This document shows positions 1-8,958 of a stretch of 64,000 nt of DNA, in pieces. Position 1 is the first letter of the stretch; the number at the start of each line of letters is the position of its first letter. Location of the stretch: the NCBI GenBank assembly GCA_965204535.1, contig CBDBEV010000001.1, positions 1,120,001-1,184,000 on the forward strand, given 5' to 3'. The stretch comes from a bacterium. Lineage in GTDB: Bacteria; UBA8248. The notes beneath the pieces are model-generated. The model searched no databases and was not told the origin of the DNA. It worked only from the letters and a program-made list of their open reading frames with translations. Position numbers and translations under genes: made by a program.

Positions 1-2201
1 CCTTCCGCCACGGTTTCAGGAACGGCGGAGAGCAGCGGGCGCATCTGCTCGAACGCGGGCCGCATGACGGCAATGGCGCCGAAGGACTCACCGAGCCGGG
101 CGATGGCGGACTGGAAAACGAGAAAAACCGTATAAACGACGAGAAAATCGCCGACCGGAATGTTCCGGTCTCCCGCCGCCGCCACCGCAAAAAGCAGCAC
201 CCCGCCGGCCAGAAAAGGGAGCGCGGCGCCGAATGCCCGCGAATGCCCCTCAAACGCGCTCAGATCGATCTCCGCGCGTTTCTGCTCACGATAATCCTTC
301 GCCCAGATGGCGTAAGCCGACCCTTCCGCATTATCCATTCGCAACTTGGAGATGCCTCCCACGATCTGGAACAGTCGACCGGCTACGCGGCGTGCTGCGC
401 TGATCATCCGCCCATAAGGTGGAATCTGACGCAACCCGAGGACTACGGTGACCAGCAGCGAAGCCAGGCTGAAGACGAGGGTGATGAGGCCGAGGGTGGC
501 GTCGTAGAAGAAAATGACGCCGAAAACCGGAAGCAGAAAAATGATCGACAGAAAACTGTCGGCGACGACCCCCCGCAAGCCGTCGCGAAGATTCTGGAAC
601 GTCATTCCCGAGGATGCCAGATCGCCGGCCGGATGGCGGTGCAGAATGCTTGGCGGAAGGCGCATGAGACGATCCCAGAAGGCGGCTTCGAGCCGGGATG
701 CCGAGCGCCCCTCGAGCCGCATCATCGCCGTGCTTTGAAGCAGGTGCAGCAGTGCGCCGAGCAGGCCGAACGCTGCTACCGCCACGGCAACGGCATAGAG
801 CGCTTCTGCGCTTCCGCCCGCCAAAATTTGATCCGCAACGAACCCGAGCGCGAGCGCCGGCAACAAGTTGATCAAGCCGTATGGAAGCCCGGAAATTACA
901 AGCCGCGCCAAATCCGCGCCCGATCCGTGCAGGGCCATTCCCAGCAGGTCTTTCGGTTTCACGTCCTCCGGCGGCAATGGCCGATAGAACATCCAGGCTT
1001 CCTCTTCCAGTGCGGCCGCGCGGTCCGCTGTCACCCGGAGGCTGCGTTTGCTGACCGGGTCGATTTCCCGGTATCGCCCGAACATTCCCGGCAGCAGCGC
1101 CACGGGGCGGCCGTCCTCGGCGCGGAATGCCAGCATCGCGTTGCTGTCGCCGCGCCACCAGCTGCCCTCGGCTTTGAATCGCACGCGCCGGGCGCGTACG
1201 CCCGACGCATCGAGAACGTCAACGAGGCCGACCGGAGAATCGGAAAGTGCCGAGCGAGCCGGTATCTTGAAATCGATTCCTTCATGGTCCCCGATGAGTT
1301 GCAGGGTATCCGCCAGAGCCGTGTCCTCGATACCGGCATCCCGGTCAATCGGAAGGTCATAGATATTGAAGAGCCGCTGCCGCGCAGCATTTTCGGCCGT
1401 GCGGCGGCTGGTTGTCCGCGCGCGTTCGAGATTGACGTCATCGACCACGACCAGTCGGCGGTTCAGGCGTTCCAGAGTGAAAGCAACCGCGTGAAAAGAG
1501 GCGAGCGCCGGCAGCAGCATGCCTTGCTCCGCCAGTGTTTCGGTAGATTCGCCCGTCAGTGTCGCCTCGTCGAACAAGGTGAGGCAGCTTGTCCGCGTCA
1601 GCGGAATAACGGCTTCGTGAGGGCCGCACGCCTCCGCAAGTTCCGCCGAGTCGATAATACCCATGAACAGGCTTGCGCCGCGCGGCGGTTCGGATACCCA
1701 TACCACCCCGCGACGTACGGATAGCGTACAAGGGGCCAGGGTCTGCGTCAGACCGGGTTCGGCCAGCGCAGTCGGACGCGGAAGGGGGCTTGCGAAACGC
1801 GACAGTGTTTCCGTAATGGCGGTCAGCCAGGTATCGGCCTGTTCCGCCAGTTCCGATGAACGAACCTGGGACAGCAAGGAAGCCGGCAGACGTTTCAGAA
1901 GGGTGCCCGGCTGTCCCTTGGCAATGAGGCTGAGCGTCGTGTCCTCGTCACCGTCTCGTTGATCCGGGCCGACACCCGGCAGCAACCAGCCCGATTCCCG
2001 GCGCAACAGATGCTGTGGCGCCGCCTGCTCCACCCCGTCCTTGAATTCGACCAGGAACAGATTGACGGCGCCCTGATCGATGAACCAGACACTATCCGGG
2101 TCGTCGAGCTTGACCGGCAGGTTGGCGGCGCAGGGCACGGATGTGCCGAAGCGAGCGGCGAGTTCGGCTATGGACGTGTATTCCGGCCTTGTATTCTGCA
2201 T
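1..2201 (-). CDS. NHLM/NHLP bacteriocin system ABC transporter, ATP-binding/permease subunit (3' part outside window)
   Basis: Not in the ORF track because it runs off the edge. Manual translation from ATG at 2201 (overlaps upstream TGA): MQNTRPEYTSIAELAARFG...SVWFIDQGAVNLFLVE...SGVRARRVRF...WWRGD...LEAAFWDRLMRLP...GGISKLR, matching the architecture of the second NHLM ABC transporter. Confidence 0.85.
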   Translation of the reverse strand, partial: MQNTRPEYTSIAELAARFGTSVPCAANLPVKLDDPDSVWFIDQGAVNLFLVEFKDGVEQAAPQHLLRRESGWLLPGVGPDQRDGDEDTTLSLIAKGQPGTLLKRLPASLLSQVRSSELAEQADTWLTAITETLSRFASPLPRPTALAEPGLTQTLAPCTLSVRRGVVWVSEPPRGASLFMGIIDSAELAEACGPHEAVIPLTRTSCLTLFDEATLTGESTETLAEQGMLLPALASFHAVAFTLERLNRRLVVVDDVNLERARTTSRRTAENAARQRLFNIYDLPIDRDAGIEDTALADTLQLIGDHEGIDFKIPARSALSDSPVGLVDVLDASGVRARRVRFKAEGSWWRGDSNAMLAFRAEDGRPVALLPGMFGRYREIDPVSKRSLRVTADRAAALEEEAWMFYRPLPPEDVKPKDLLGMALHGSGADLARLVISGLPYGLINLLPALALGFVADQILAGGSAEALYAVAVAVAAFGLLGALLHLLQSTAMMRLEGRSASRLEAAFWDRLMRLPPSILHRHPAGDLASSGMTFQNLRDGLRGVVADSFLSIIFLLPVFGVIFFYDATLGLITLVFSLASLLVTVVLGLRQIPPYGRMISAARRVAGRLFQIVGGISKLRMDNAEGSAYAIWAKDYREQKRAEIDLSAFEGHSRAFGAALPFLAGGVLLFAVAAAGDRNIPVGDFLVVYTVFLVFQSAIARLGESFGAIAVMRPAFEQMRPLLSAVPETVAE

Positions 2202-4411
2202 CAGCCCGACTTCACCAGTTTGTAATACGTGCCGTCCCGATCCGCGATCAACTCGTCGTGCGTGCCGCATTGCACCGTGACGCCTTTGTCGAGCACGATG
2301 ATTCTGTCGCAATCCCGCACGGTGCTCAGCCGGTGCGCAACGATCAGGCACGTGACGCCGCGACGCCGCAGGGCATCATCGACATATTCCTCCGTTGCGG
2401 CATCGAGTGCGCTGGTCGCCTCGTCCAGAATGAGCACTGTCGGATTGCCCACCAACGCACGGGCGATTTCGAGGCGTTGCTGCTGGCCGCCGCTGAAATT
2501 CGCCCCGCCCTCTTCGACGAGGGTCGTATATCCCTGCGCTCGAAGCAGGATTTCGTCATGGATATGGGCATCCCGTGTCGCGGCGAAGATGACTTCATCC
2601 GGAATGGCCGGGTTCCACAACGTAATATTGTCGCGCAGGGAAGCGGAAAAGAGCACGACCTCCTGATCCACCATGGATATGGACTGCCGCAGCACTTCTT
2701 CTGGAACCTGATTCCGCGGATGACCATCAAACAGGATTTCACCCGACCAGGGCTGATAGACACCCGAAACCAGACGCGCCAGGGTCGACTTGCCGGAACC
2801 GCTGGGACCGACCACGGCAACGCGCTGCCCCGGCTTGATCACGAGGTTGAAGTCCTTTATCAAAGGCGGTCGGCTCTTGTTGTAGCCGAAGGCGACGTTC
2901 CGCAGTTCTAGTTGGCCCGCAAGTTGGAGCCGGCCGTTGAACGTGGAGATTGACTCCGGCTCCGGACTCCTGCGGCTGAAAACGGGATCTTCATCGGTTT
3001 TGGAGATGTCCTCGAACCGTTGCATATCGGTTTCGAGCGCCTGACGGTTTTCGGCAAACTCCAAAAATCGCTTGACGGGAGCCAGAAACATCTCCGCCAG
3101 GATGTAAAATCCGACCAGCATCCCCAGGGTCATTTCTCCGGTCATGACCAAACTGCCCCCGATGCCGAGAATCGCCGCACTGCGGAGTGCGTCAATCAGA
3201 CCCGGAAGCGAGGTATTGACGGAGCCCAGTTCGGAATACAGTTGGCGCGCACGCAGTTCACGCGCCTGTTGACCACTCCAGCGCGAAAAAAACCGGTCAT
3301 CCGCTCCCGTCATGCGCAGATTGTCCGCATGACGCAACATCTGCATGCCGAGACCAATCAGCAAACCCTGCTCGCGTCTCATCACCTGACTCCGAACAGC
3401 CCGGAGGGCGTTGAGAAAGTGGGCCAGCATTCCGTGCAGAAGGGCCAGCAAAAGCACAACCAGCGTGAGCAGGATATCGTAAGTGAACATCGCTATGAGC
3501 AACACCACGCTCATCGCCATGTCGATGATGAGCACAAGAAACTGATCCGCCAGATTCCTGGCGATTCTGTCGGTGGACGAGACTCGATCGGTCAGATCGC
3601 CCGCCAGCCTGTGCTCAAAAAACTCCACCGGCAACCGCAGGAGCCGTGACATGCCGCGACTGTACCCAATCACCGACAAGCGGACCGAGAGCCGCTTGAG
3701 GAACCGGTGTTTGAGCAAGGACAGGACGTATACCAGGACGCCGCCGCCGAGCAAGGCAGTCACCAATCCGCCCCAGGACCCATGTTTTTTCATTACATCG
3801 TCGACGAAAACACCGAGAGATGCGGGAATAATCAATGTCAATAACGTCAACATGAGTCCGCAGGCAATCACCCCGGTAAGCACACTCCATGATCCGGAGA
3901 GCAAGGCGCCCAATTGCCTGAACAAGTCGGGTTGCTCGCCTCCGGGCCTGAAATCGGCGCCGCACTTGAAACGAAGCGCAATGCCGCTGTAGCCCTTGTT
4001 GAACTCTTCGGCGGAAATCCTGCGCCGCCCCGTGGAGGGGTCGTTGAGGTAGAAATAGCGTCCATCGAATCCGTCGAGGACAACGAAATGGCTGAATTGC
4101 CAGAACAAAATCAAGGGCAACTCCAGCTTTTTCAGTTGTTCGGCGCGTACGCTGAGCCCACTGCATTCGAGACCATAGTGTCTGGAGGCGCGCAAGATGC
4201 TTGCGGCGCTGCTGCCGTCCCGGCTCACCTCGCATTTTTCGCGCAATTCGGTAAGCGGCACCCAACGCCCGAAGTAGGCCAGTACGATGCCGAGACAGGC
4301 GGCGCCGCATTCTGAAACATGCATCTGCAGCAGAATCGGCGTGGTTACCCTCTGCGCCGATGTGTCCGAAGAGGCCTTATCGCCGGCTTGTTTGGAGGTG
4401 AAAGACGGCAT
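2201..4411 (-). CDS. NHLM/NHLP peptidase C39-containing ABC transporter (PCAT)
   Basis: LQMHVSECGAACL (catalytic Cys), HFVV, YLNDP; TM domain; GPSGSGKST, FSGGQQQR, ILDEATSALD, IVAHRLST. Confidence 0.93.
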   Translation of the reverse strand: MPSFTSKQAGDKASSDTSAQRVTTPILLQMHVSECGAACLGIVLAYFGRWVPLTELREKCEVSRDGSSAASILRASRHYGLECSGLSVRAEQLKKLELPLILFWQFSHFVVLDGFDGRYFYLNDPSTGRRRISAEEFNKGYSGIALRFKCGADFRPGGEQPDLFRQLGALLSGSWSVLTGVIACGLMLTLLTLIIPASLGVFVDDVMKKHGSWGGLVTALLGGGVLVYVLSLLKHRFLKRLSVRLSVIGYSRGMSRLLRLPVEFFEHRLAGDLTDRVSSTDRIARNLADQFLVLIIDMAMSVVLLIAMFTYDILLTLVVLLLALLHGMLAHFLNALRAVRSQVMRREQGLLIGLGMQMLRHADNLRMTGADDRFFSRWSGQQARELRARQLYSELGSVNTSLPGLIDALRSAAILGIGGSLVMTGEMTLGMLVGFYILAEMFLAPVKRFLEFAENRQALETDMQRFEDISKTDEDPVFSRRSPEPESISTFNGRLQLAGQLELRNVAFGYNKSRPPLIKDFNLVIKPGQRVAVVGPSGSGKSTLARLVSGVYQPWSGEILFDGHPRNQVPEEVLRQSISMVDQEVVLFSASLRDNITLWNPAIPDEVIFAATRDAHIHDEILLRAQGYTTLVEEGGANFSGGQQQRLEIARALVGNPTVLILDEATSALDAATEEYVDDALRRRGVTCLIVAHRLSTVRDCDRIIVLDKGVTVQCGTHDELIADRDGTYYKLVKSG

Positions 4412-4412
4412 C

Positions 4413-4991
4413 TTATGACCGCCTCATTCGAAATAGTGCGATCGGAGATTGCCTGCCGAGCTCGATGACAATCCGGCATTTCCTGCCCGCAAGGGAATCC
4501 AAATCAAGACCTTCTTCGAGCGCGATATCAATGCGGTACACGGACACCGGCGCCGCGGACCCAAACGCCGCCAGCCCCCCGGAAAAGGGCACGGCGGAAA
4601 TCGCCCTGACCTCTCCGGCAAGTGCGCCTGTTTCTCCGTCTGCCGCATCCGGCTCAATCACCACCGGCATCCCGGCCTCGATATGAGGAACGATGCCGCT
4701 CTCGACCCAGACGAGGACCTGCACGGACCGTCTGCCGTCGGGCAAGTTTTCGCCTTGTTTGACCAGTGTGCCGTCTACCGCAATATTACGAGCCACGTTG
4801 CCGAAGAAAAGCCATGCCGAGAGGATGCACAGCAAAAGCGCAATGGCGGCGACAAGCAGACGCTCCCGCGGCGTGGAAACTGTCAGTAGCCGATCGAGTT
4901 GTTCGCGTTCTTCCTTCGCTTCGGCAACAGTTTTATGAAATGAGTCGAACGGATTGTTGAACACGACCGCAGAGTAGCCTCCTTGTAGCAA
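4413..4991 (-). CDS. Short NHLP secretion (HlyD/membrane-fusion-like) protein
   Basis: EQLDRLLTVSTPRE + one TM helix + C-terminal QSPIALF, typical ends of NHLP secretion proteins; central coiled-coil missing; start uncertain. Confidence 0.7.
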   Translation of the reverse strand: MLQGGYSAVVFNNPFDSFHKTVAEAKEEREQLDRLLTVSTPRERLLVAAIALLLCILSAWLFFGNVARNIAVDGTLVKQGENLPDGRRSVQVLVWVESGIVPHIEAGMPVVIEPDAADGETGALAGEVRAISAVPFSGGLAAFGSAAPVSVYRIDIALEEGLDLDSLAGRKCRIVIELGRQSPIALFRMRRS

Positions 4992-5094
4992 TCAGGCAAG
5001 GTGAAAAATCTCACCCCGTTTGGAAATATCTCATAAAATTACAGGCAATCCAGATCAAGAAATGTCACGGTTTGGGAGTAGCGGATTGCCGTTG

Positions 5095-5257
5095 CACGGA
5101 ACAGATCGTTATCCTCCGGGATGAGTTGCTCCAGAGAACCGGCCGCGAACAATTCCGGTTGCTCGCGTCGCCTGCGTCCCGACATCTCCGGAGACTCCCC
5201 CTCACGGGCGCTGAAAATGATACGAAACCACAGGGCGGGGACTTTTTCAACGGCCTG
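5095..5257 (-). mobile_element. IS1182-family left-end remnant with 5' stub of transposase
   Basis: Minus strand CAGGCCGTTGAAAAAGTCCC end followed by MSGRRRREQPELFAAGSLEQLIPEDN, homologous to MLDRKRREQMDLFVAGPLEKLIPEDH at 7456. Confidence 0.8.
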
Positions 5258-5357
5258 AAACGGACTCCATACGCAGCAGACAAACGATCTTCTCCGACTT
5301 GCAGACCTTCCTGGCCATCCTCCGCCTCCTCGTTTCTTGACTCGGGGGGCCAAACCA
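5258..5357 (-). mobile_element. IS3-family left-end remnant (orfA start), truncated by the IS1182 stub
   Basis: TG-initiated end, GAGGAGG SD, then MARKVCKSEKIVCLLR resembling IS3/IS407 orfA N-termini. Confidence 0.45.
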
Positions 5358-5368
5358 ATGGCGTAGAA

Positions 5369-5745
5369 TCAACCGATGTTGAAATTTCCCAAGACCGGCG
5401 CCTGGCAGCCCAGCCCCTGGGACATCTGGCAATAACAGGAGAGAGGGAAGTACGCCAACGTCCGATTCCAGTCTGATTTGTCAATGACCGACTGGTTCTT
5501 CAGTTCAATCATTTCGTCGAATTTGTGGAGCGCAGCGCAACCCACGAACTCAGGGTCCGCCACCTTTCGATGCTGCGGCCAGGCGTGGTCGCGGGCGTAT
5601 CTCCAGAATCTGCTGTCATAGCTGGAGCCGCAGGAATAGTGCCAACCGACGAACAAGCCGAAGCAGAGCATGTTGTTGATGAGGAATCGATTGACCATCG
5701 GCGCGTCGCGATCGAGATTCTCCGCCGAACGGTTCAGGCGTATAT
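5369..5745 (-). pseudogene. C-terminal fragment of tryptophan-halogenase-family flavin-dependent halogenase
   Basis: NRFLINNMLCFGLFVGWHYSCGSSYDSRFWRYA...MSQGLG resembles the F..HY...(D/T)S.FW region of Trp halogenases; no N-terminal GxGxxG part, the upstream region is a REP cluster. Confidence 0.55.
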
Positions 5746-5747
5746 GA

Positions 5748-5935
5748 GGGACAGGCCCCCGTGCCCGTCCTGGTCCTGTCCACCCTGCAAAGGACAACCA
5801 CGGGGGGTTGTCCCTCCGGCGGCCGCAATGATTTCGCAGGGGTCAGACATATATGTCTGACTGTGTGTTCTCCCATGCGGAGTCGGGCGTCATGAAACGG
5901 GGCGATGGGGTGGACACGCAGGTCCGCCCCTACAC
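5748..5935. repeat. Cluster of GTAG-type REP palindromes
   Basis: GGGACAGGCCCCCGTGCCCGTCC, GGACAACCACGGGGGGTTGTCC, GTCAGACATATATGTCTGAC, GGGTGGACACGCAGGTCCGCCCCTAC. Confidence 0.7.
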
Positions 5936-6018
5936 ACCCCGCCCCTTTTGACCTCGTGCCTCCGTTCTCCTACACTCGCGCGCGTTTGTTCGTTCATGGC
6001 GCATTAAGGAGTTAGAAC

Positions 6019-7077
6019 GTGAAAATCGGCATCATCGGCCCCGCTGCCAGTGGCAAGACGACGCTGTTCAACGCGCTCACGGGGGGCGCGGCCATAACGG
6101 GGGGATACGGCGCCGCGCGGGTGAACGTGGGTGCGGCGGCTGTGGCGGACGAGCGCGTGGACGCCCTGAGCGGGGTTTTCAAACCGAAAAAGACGACGCA
6201 TGCAAGCGTCAACTTCGTGGATGCGCCGGGCGTGGGCGATGCGGGCGCCGCGAAAAGCGCCGAGGCCATCCCCCAGGCGCTGGAGGGCGCGGACGCGCTT
6301 CTGGTGGTGGTGCGCGCCTTCGAGGACGCGGGCGTTCCGCACCCGAAGGAGAGCATCGACCCAGCGCGCGATCTGGCGGACGTGCGTTTCGACCTGATGC
6401 TGCGCGACCTCGCCGTCGTCGAGCGGCGGGTGGAGCGTCTGGAGCGCCTGGTGAAGCTGAAGCGCGACCCGGCCGAGGCGGCGGAGTTCGCGCTTTTGGG
6501 CCGCATCCGCGAGGCGCTCGAAGAGGGCCGCCCCGTCCGCTCGATGCAGATGAGCGAGGAAGAAGCGCGCTCCGTCAAAGGTTTCGGCTTTCTCTCCGCC
6601 AAGCCGCTGCTCTTCGTGGTGAACGTGGGCGAGGATCAGATGGGAGAGGCGGACGCTTTCGCCAAACTGAACGGGGAGACGCCCGTCGTCCTGGCCGCGA
6701 GACTCGAAGAAGAACTCGCCCAACTGCCGGACGAGGAGCGGGCGGAGTTTCTCGCCGACTACGACCTCGAATCATCCGCCCTCGACAAGGTGATTCAGGC
6801 GGCGTTCTCGCTGCTCAATCTCAGGTGTTTCTTCACCGTGAGCGAGGAGGAGGTGCGCGCCTGGCCGGTTCGCGCGGGCACGGTCGCGCTCCATGCGGCG
6901 GGGACGATTCACTCCGATCTCGAGCGCGGTTTCATTCGCGCGGAGGTGATCTCGTTCCCCGACTTCATGGCGGCGGGTTCGCTCGCCGCGGCGCGGGACA
7001 GGGGAACCTTGAGACTGGAAGGCAAGGACTACGTCGTCAACGACGGCGACATCTTCCACGTGCGGTTTAATGTGTGA
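6019..7077 (+). CDS. ychF: Redox-regulated ATPase YchF (Obg family)
   Basis: GKTTLFNALT, VVRAF, FFTV.EEEVRAW, AGTIHSDLERGFIRAEV, LRLEGKDYVVNDGDIFHVRFNV. Confidence 0.95.
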   Translation: MKIGIIGPAASGKTTLFNALTGGAAITGGYGAARVNVGAAAVADERVDALSGVFKPKKTTHASVNFVDAPGVGDAGAAKSAEAIPQALEGADALLVVVRAFEDAGVPHPKESIDPARDLADVRFDLMLRDLAVVERRVERLERLVKLKRDPAEAAEFALLGRIREALEEGRPVRSMQMSEEEARSVKGFGFLSAKPLLFVVNVGEDQMGEADAFAKLNGETPVVLAARLEEELAQLPDEERAEFLADYDLESSALDKVIQAAFSLLNLRCFFTVSEEEVRAWPVRAGTVALHAAGTIHSDLERGFIRAEVISFPDFMAAGSLAAARDRGTLRLEGKDYVVNDGDIFHVRFNV

Positions 7078-7146
7078 GCGTAACTCAAAACCAACCCCCC
7101 CTACCCCCCTTGACGGGGCTGTTGAAAAAGTCCGAGGAGAGAGGAA

Positions 7147-7300
7147 TCACTCCCCCCTTGAGGGGGAGTCGAAGAGCTGAGGGCGTAAGCCCGAAAGCGA
7201 TTCGGTGGGGGGTATAATCCGGAGTGGCGATAAAACGCATTTTACCCCCCACCGATTCAGCCTTCGCACAAACCGCTCGGCTTCATCGACTCCCCCTCAA
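7147..7300. repeat. ~160 bp multi-hairpin REP/REPIN-like unit (copy 1; right hairpin completed at 8898-8913)
   Basis: TCACTCCCCCCTTGAGGGGGAGTCGA...TCGACTCCCCCTCAA; near-identical copies at 21622 and 35170, variant at 24663. Confidence 0.85.
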
Positions 7301-7381
7301 GGGGTTGTTGAAAAAGTCCGGAACTCTGGATTTGTCGTATGTAACCGACCGACGAGAGAGAAAAATCACTCCCCCCTTGAG

Positions 7382-8897
7382 GGGCCTGTTGAAAAACCCC
7401 TGGTTTTGTGATCGTATGGATGTATTCCCCCTCGCCCGAGATGGGAGTTCCGGAGATGTTGGACCGCAAGAGGCGCGAGCAGATGGACTTGTTCGTGGCC
7501 GGCCCGCTGGAGAAGTTGATTCCCGAAGATCACATATTGCGCCAGGTGGACCGCGTACTGGATTTGAGTTGGCTTCGCGAGGAAGTGGCGGAGTGCTATT
7601 GCGCGGACAACGGTCGACCGGGGATCGACCCGGAAGTGGTGATCCGGTTGATGCTGGCGGGCCTGCTGCTGGGCTACGCGGAGGATCGCCGCCTGCTGCG
7701 CGAGGCGCAGGCGCATCTGGCGGTCCGGTGGTTCATCGGGTACAGGCTGGACGAGGATTTGCCGGATCATTCGAGCCTGACGCGTATCCGTCAACGCTGG
7801 GGGGAGGAGCGGTTCAAGGAGATATTTCGGCGCACGGTTCAGTCTTGCGTGGAGGCGAAGGTGGCGAAGGGAGAAGTGGTTCACATGGACGCGTCTTTGA
7901 TACGCGCGGACGTGAGCTGGGAGAGTCTGGCGGAGCGCCACGCGGAGAAGGTGGTGCGGGAGAACGACTCGGAGGATGAGACGGGGAAGAAGGGCGGCGG
8001 CGGGGGTTCGGGTCCGGTGAGCCGAACGGACCCCGACGCGCGCCTGGCGCGCAAGAGCGCTCGGGCGGGGTTCGAGCCGAGCTATAAGCACCACGCGGTG
8101 GTGGACGACGAGCGTGGGGTGGTTCTCGACGTAGAGGTGACGGAGGGGACGTTGAACGAGCGGAAGATGATGGAGCCGCAGTTGGATGCGGTTTGCGAGC
8201 TCACGGGTCGCGCGCCCGCGGTGGTGACGGCGGATAGTGGTTATGCGTATTCGAAGGTGTACGGCGCATTGGAGCGTCGGGGGGTCGCCGCGCTGATACC
8301 GGCGAAGAAGGAACCCACCCAGAGCCGGGTGCCGTTGCAACTGTTCCGCTACGACGAGCGGAATGAGGTGGTGAAGTGTCCGGGGGGCAAGACGCTGCGC
8401 CCCCGGAAGGAGACGGAGCGGGGGCGCTGGTATGTATCGAGGACCCGCGATTGCGCGGGTTGCGCGCTCAAGGCCGATTGTCTGTCGGCGTCTCGCACGA
8501 GCAGGGCGGTTCTGATTCCGCACGAGTATCCGGCGCTGTTGCGCGCGCGCCGTCGCCACGCGCGCCGGGGGGAGGAGGAGGGCCGGCTGTGGCGCCGCCA
8601 CATGTCGCGTTCGGAGGGCTATCACGGCGAGGCGAAGAGTCGGCACGGACTGGCGCGGGCGGTACGCCGGGGTCTTGCGAACGTGAAGATCCAGGCCTAC
8701 CTGACGGCGACTGCGGTGAACCTCAAGCGGCTCGCCGCCGCTGTGGCCGCGGGTTTATTCGCTCTGTGGCGGGCCTGGGCCGCCCGGAAACGCCGAATGA
8801 GCGCATATCGCGGCCTCACGCGCCGATTGGGCTTCCTCTCCCAGGCCGCGTGAGCCGCCATACATCCCGCTTCAAAACGGGGTTTTTCAACAGCCCC
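7382..8897 (+). mobile_element. IS1182-family insertion sequence
   Basis: Terminal inverted repeats CTGTTGAAAAACCCC / GGGGTTTTTCAACAG around a transposase. Confidence 0.9.
7456..8853 (+). CDS. IS1182-family DDE transposase
   Basis: IPEDHILR, GRPGIDP, PDHSSLTRIR (DUF772-like), HMDAS, DPDARL, TADSGY, C..C..K..C, E...GEAK..HGL, NLKRL. Confidence 0.92.
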   Translation: MLDRKRREQMDLFVAGPLEKLIPEDHILRQVDRVLDLSWLREEVAECYCADNGRPGIDPEVVIRLMLAGLLLGYAEDRRLLREAQAHLAVRWFIGYRLDEDLPDHSSLTRIRQRWGEERFKEIFRRTVQSCVEAKVAKGEVVHMDASLIRADVSWESLAERHAEKVVRENDSEDETGKKGGGGGSGPVSRTDPDARLARKSARAGFEPSYKHHAVVDDERGVVLDVEVTEGTLNERKMMEPQLDAVCELTGRAPAVVTADSGYAYSKVYGALERRGVAALIPAKKEPTQSRVPLQLFRYDERNEVVKCPGGKTLRPRKETERGRWYVSRTRDCAGCALKADCLSASRTSRAVLIPHEYPALLRARRRHARRGEEEGRLWRRHMSRSEGYHGEAKSRHGLARAVRRGLANVKIQAYLTATAVNLKRLAAAVAAGLFALWRAWAARKRRMSAYRGLTRRLGFLSQAA

Positions 8898-8958
8898 CTC
8901 AAGGGGGGAGTGAAATTCAAAAACTTGCACTCAACCAAAATCGCTCCACGGGACTTTT

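Noticed and set aside
243-1724. 493-aa plus-strand ORF
   Set aside because: Antisense shadow of the minus-strand NHLM ABC transporter; no motifs
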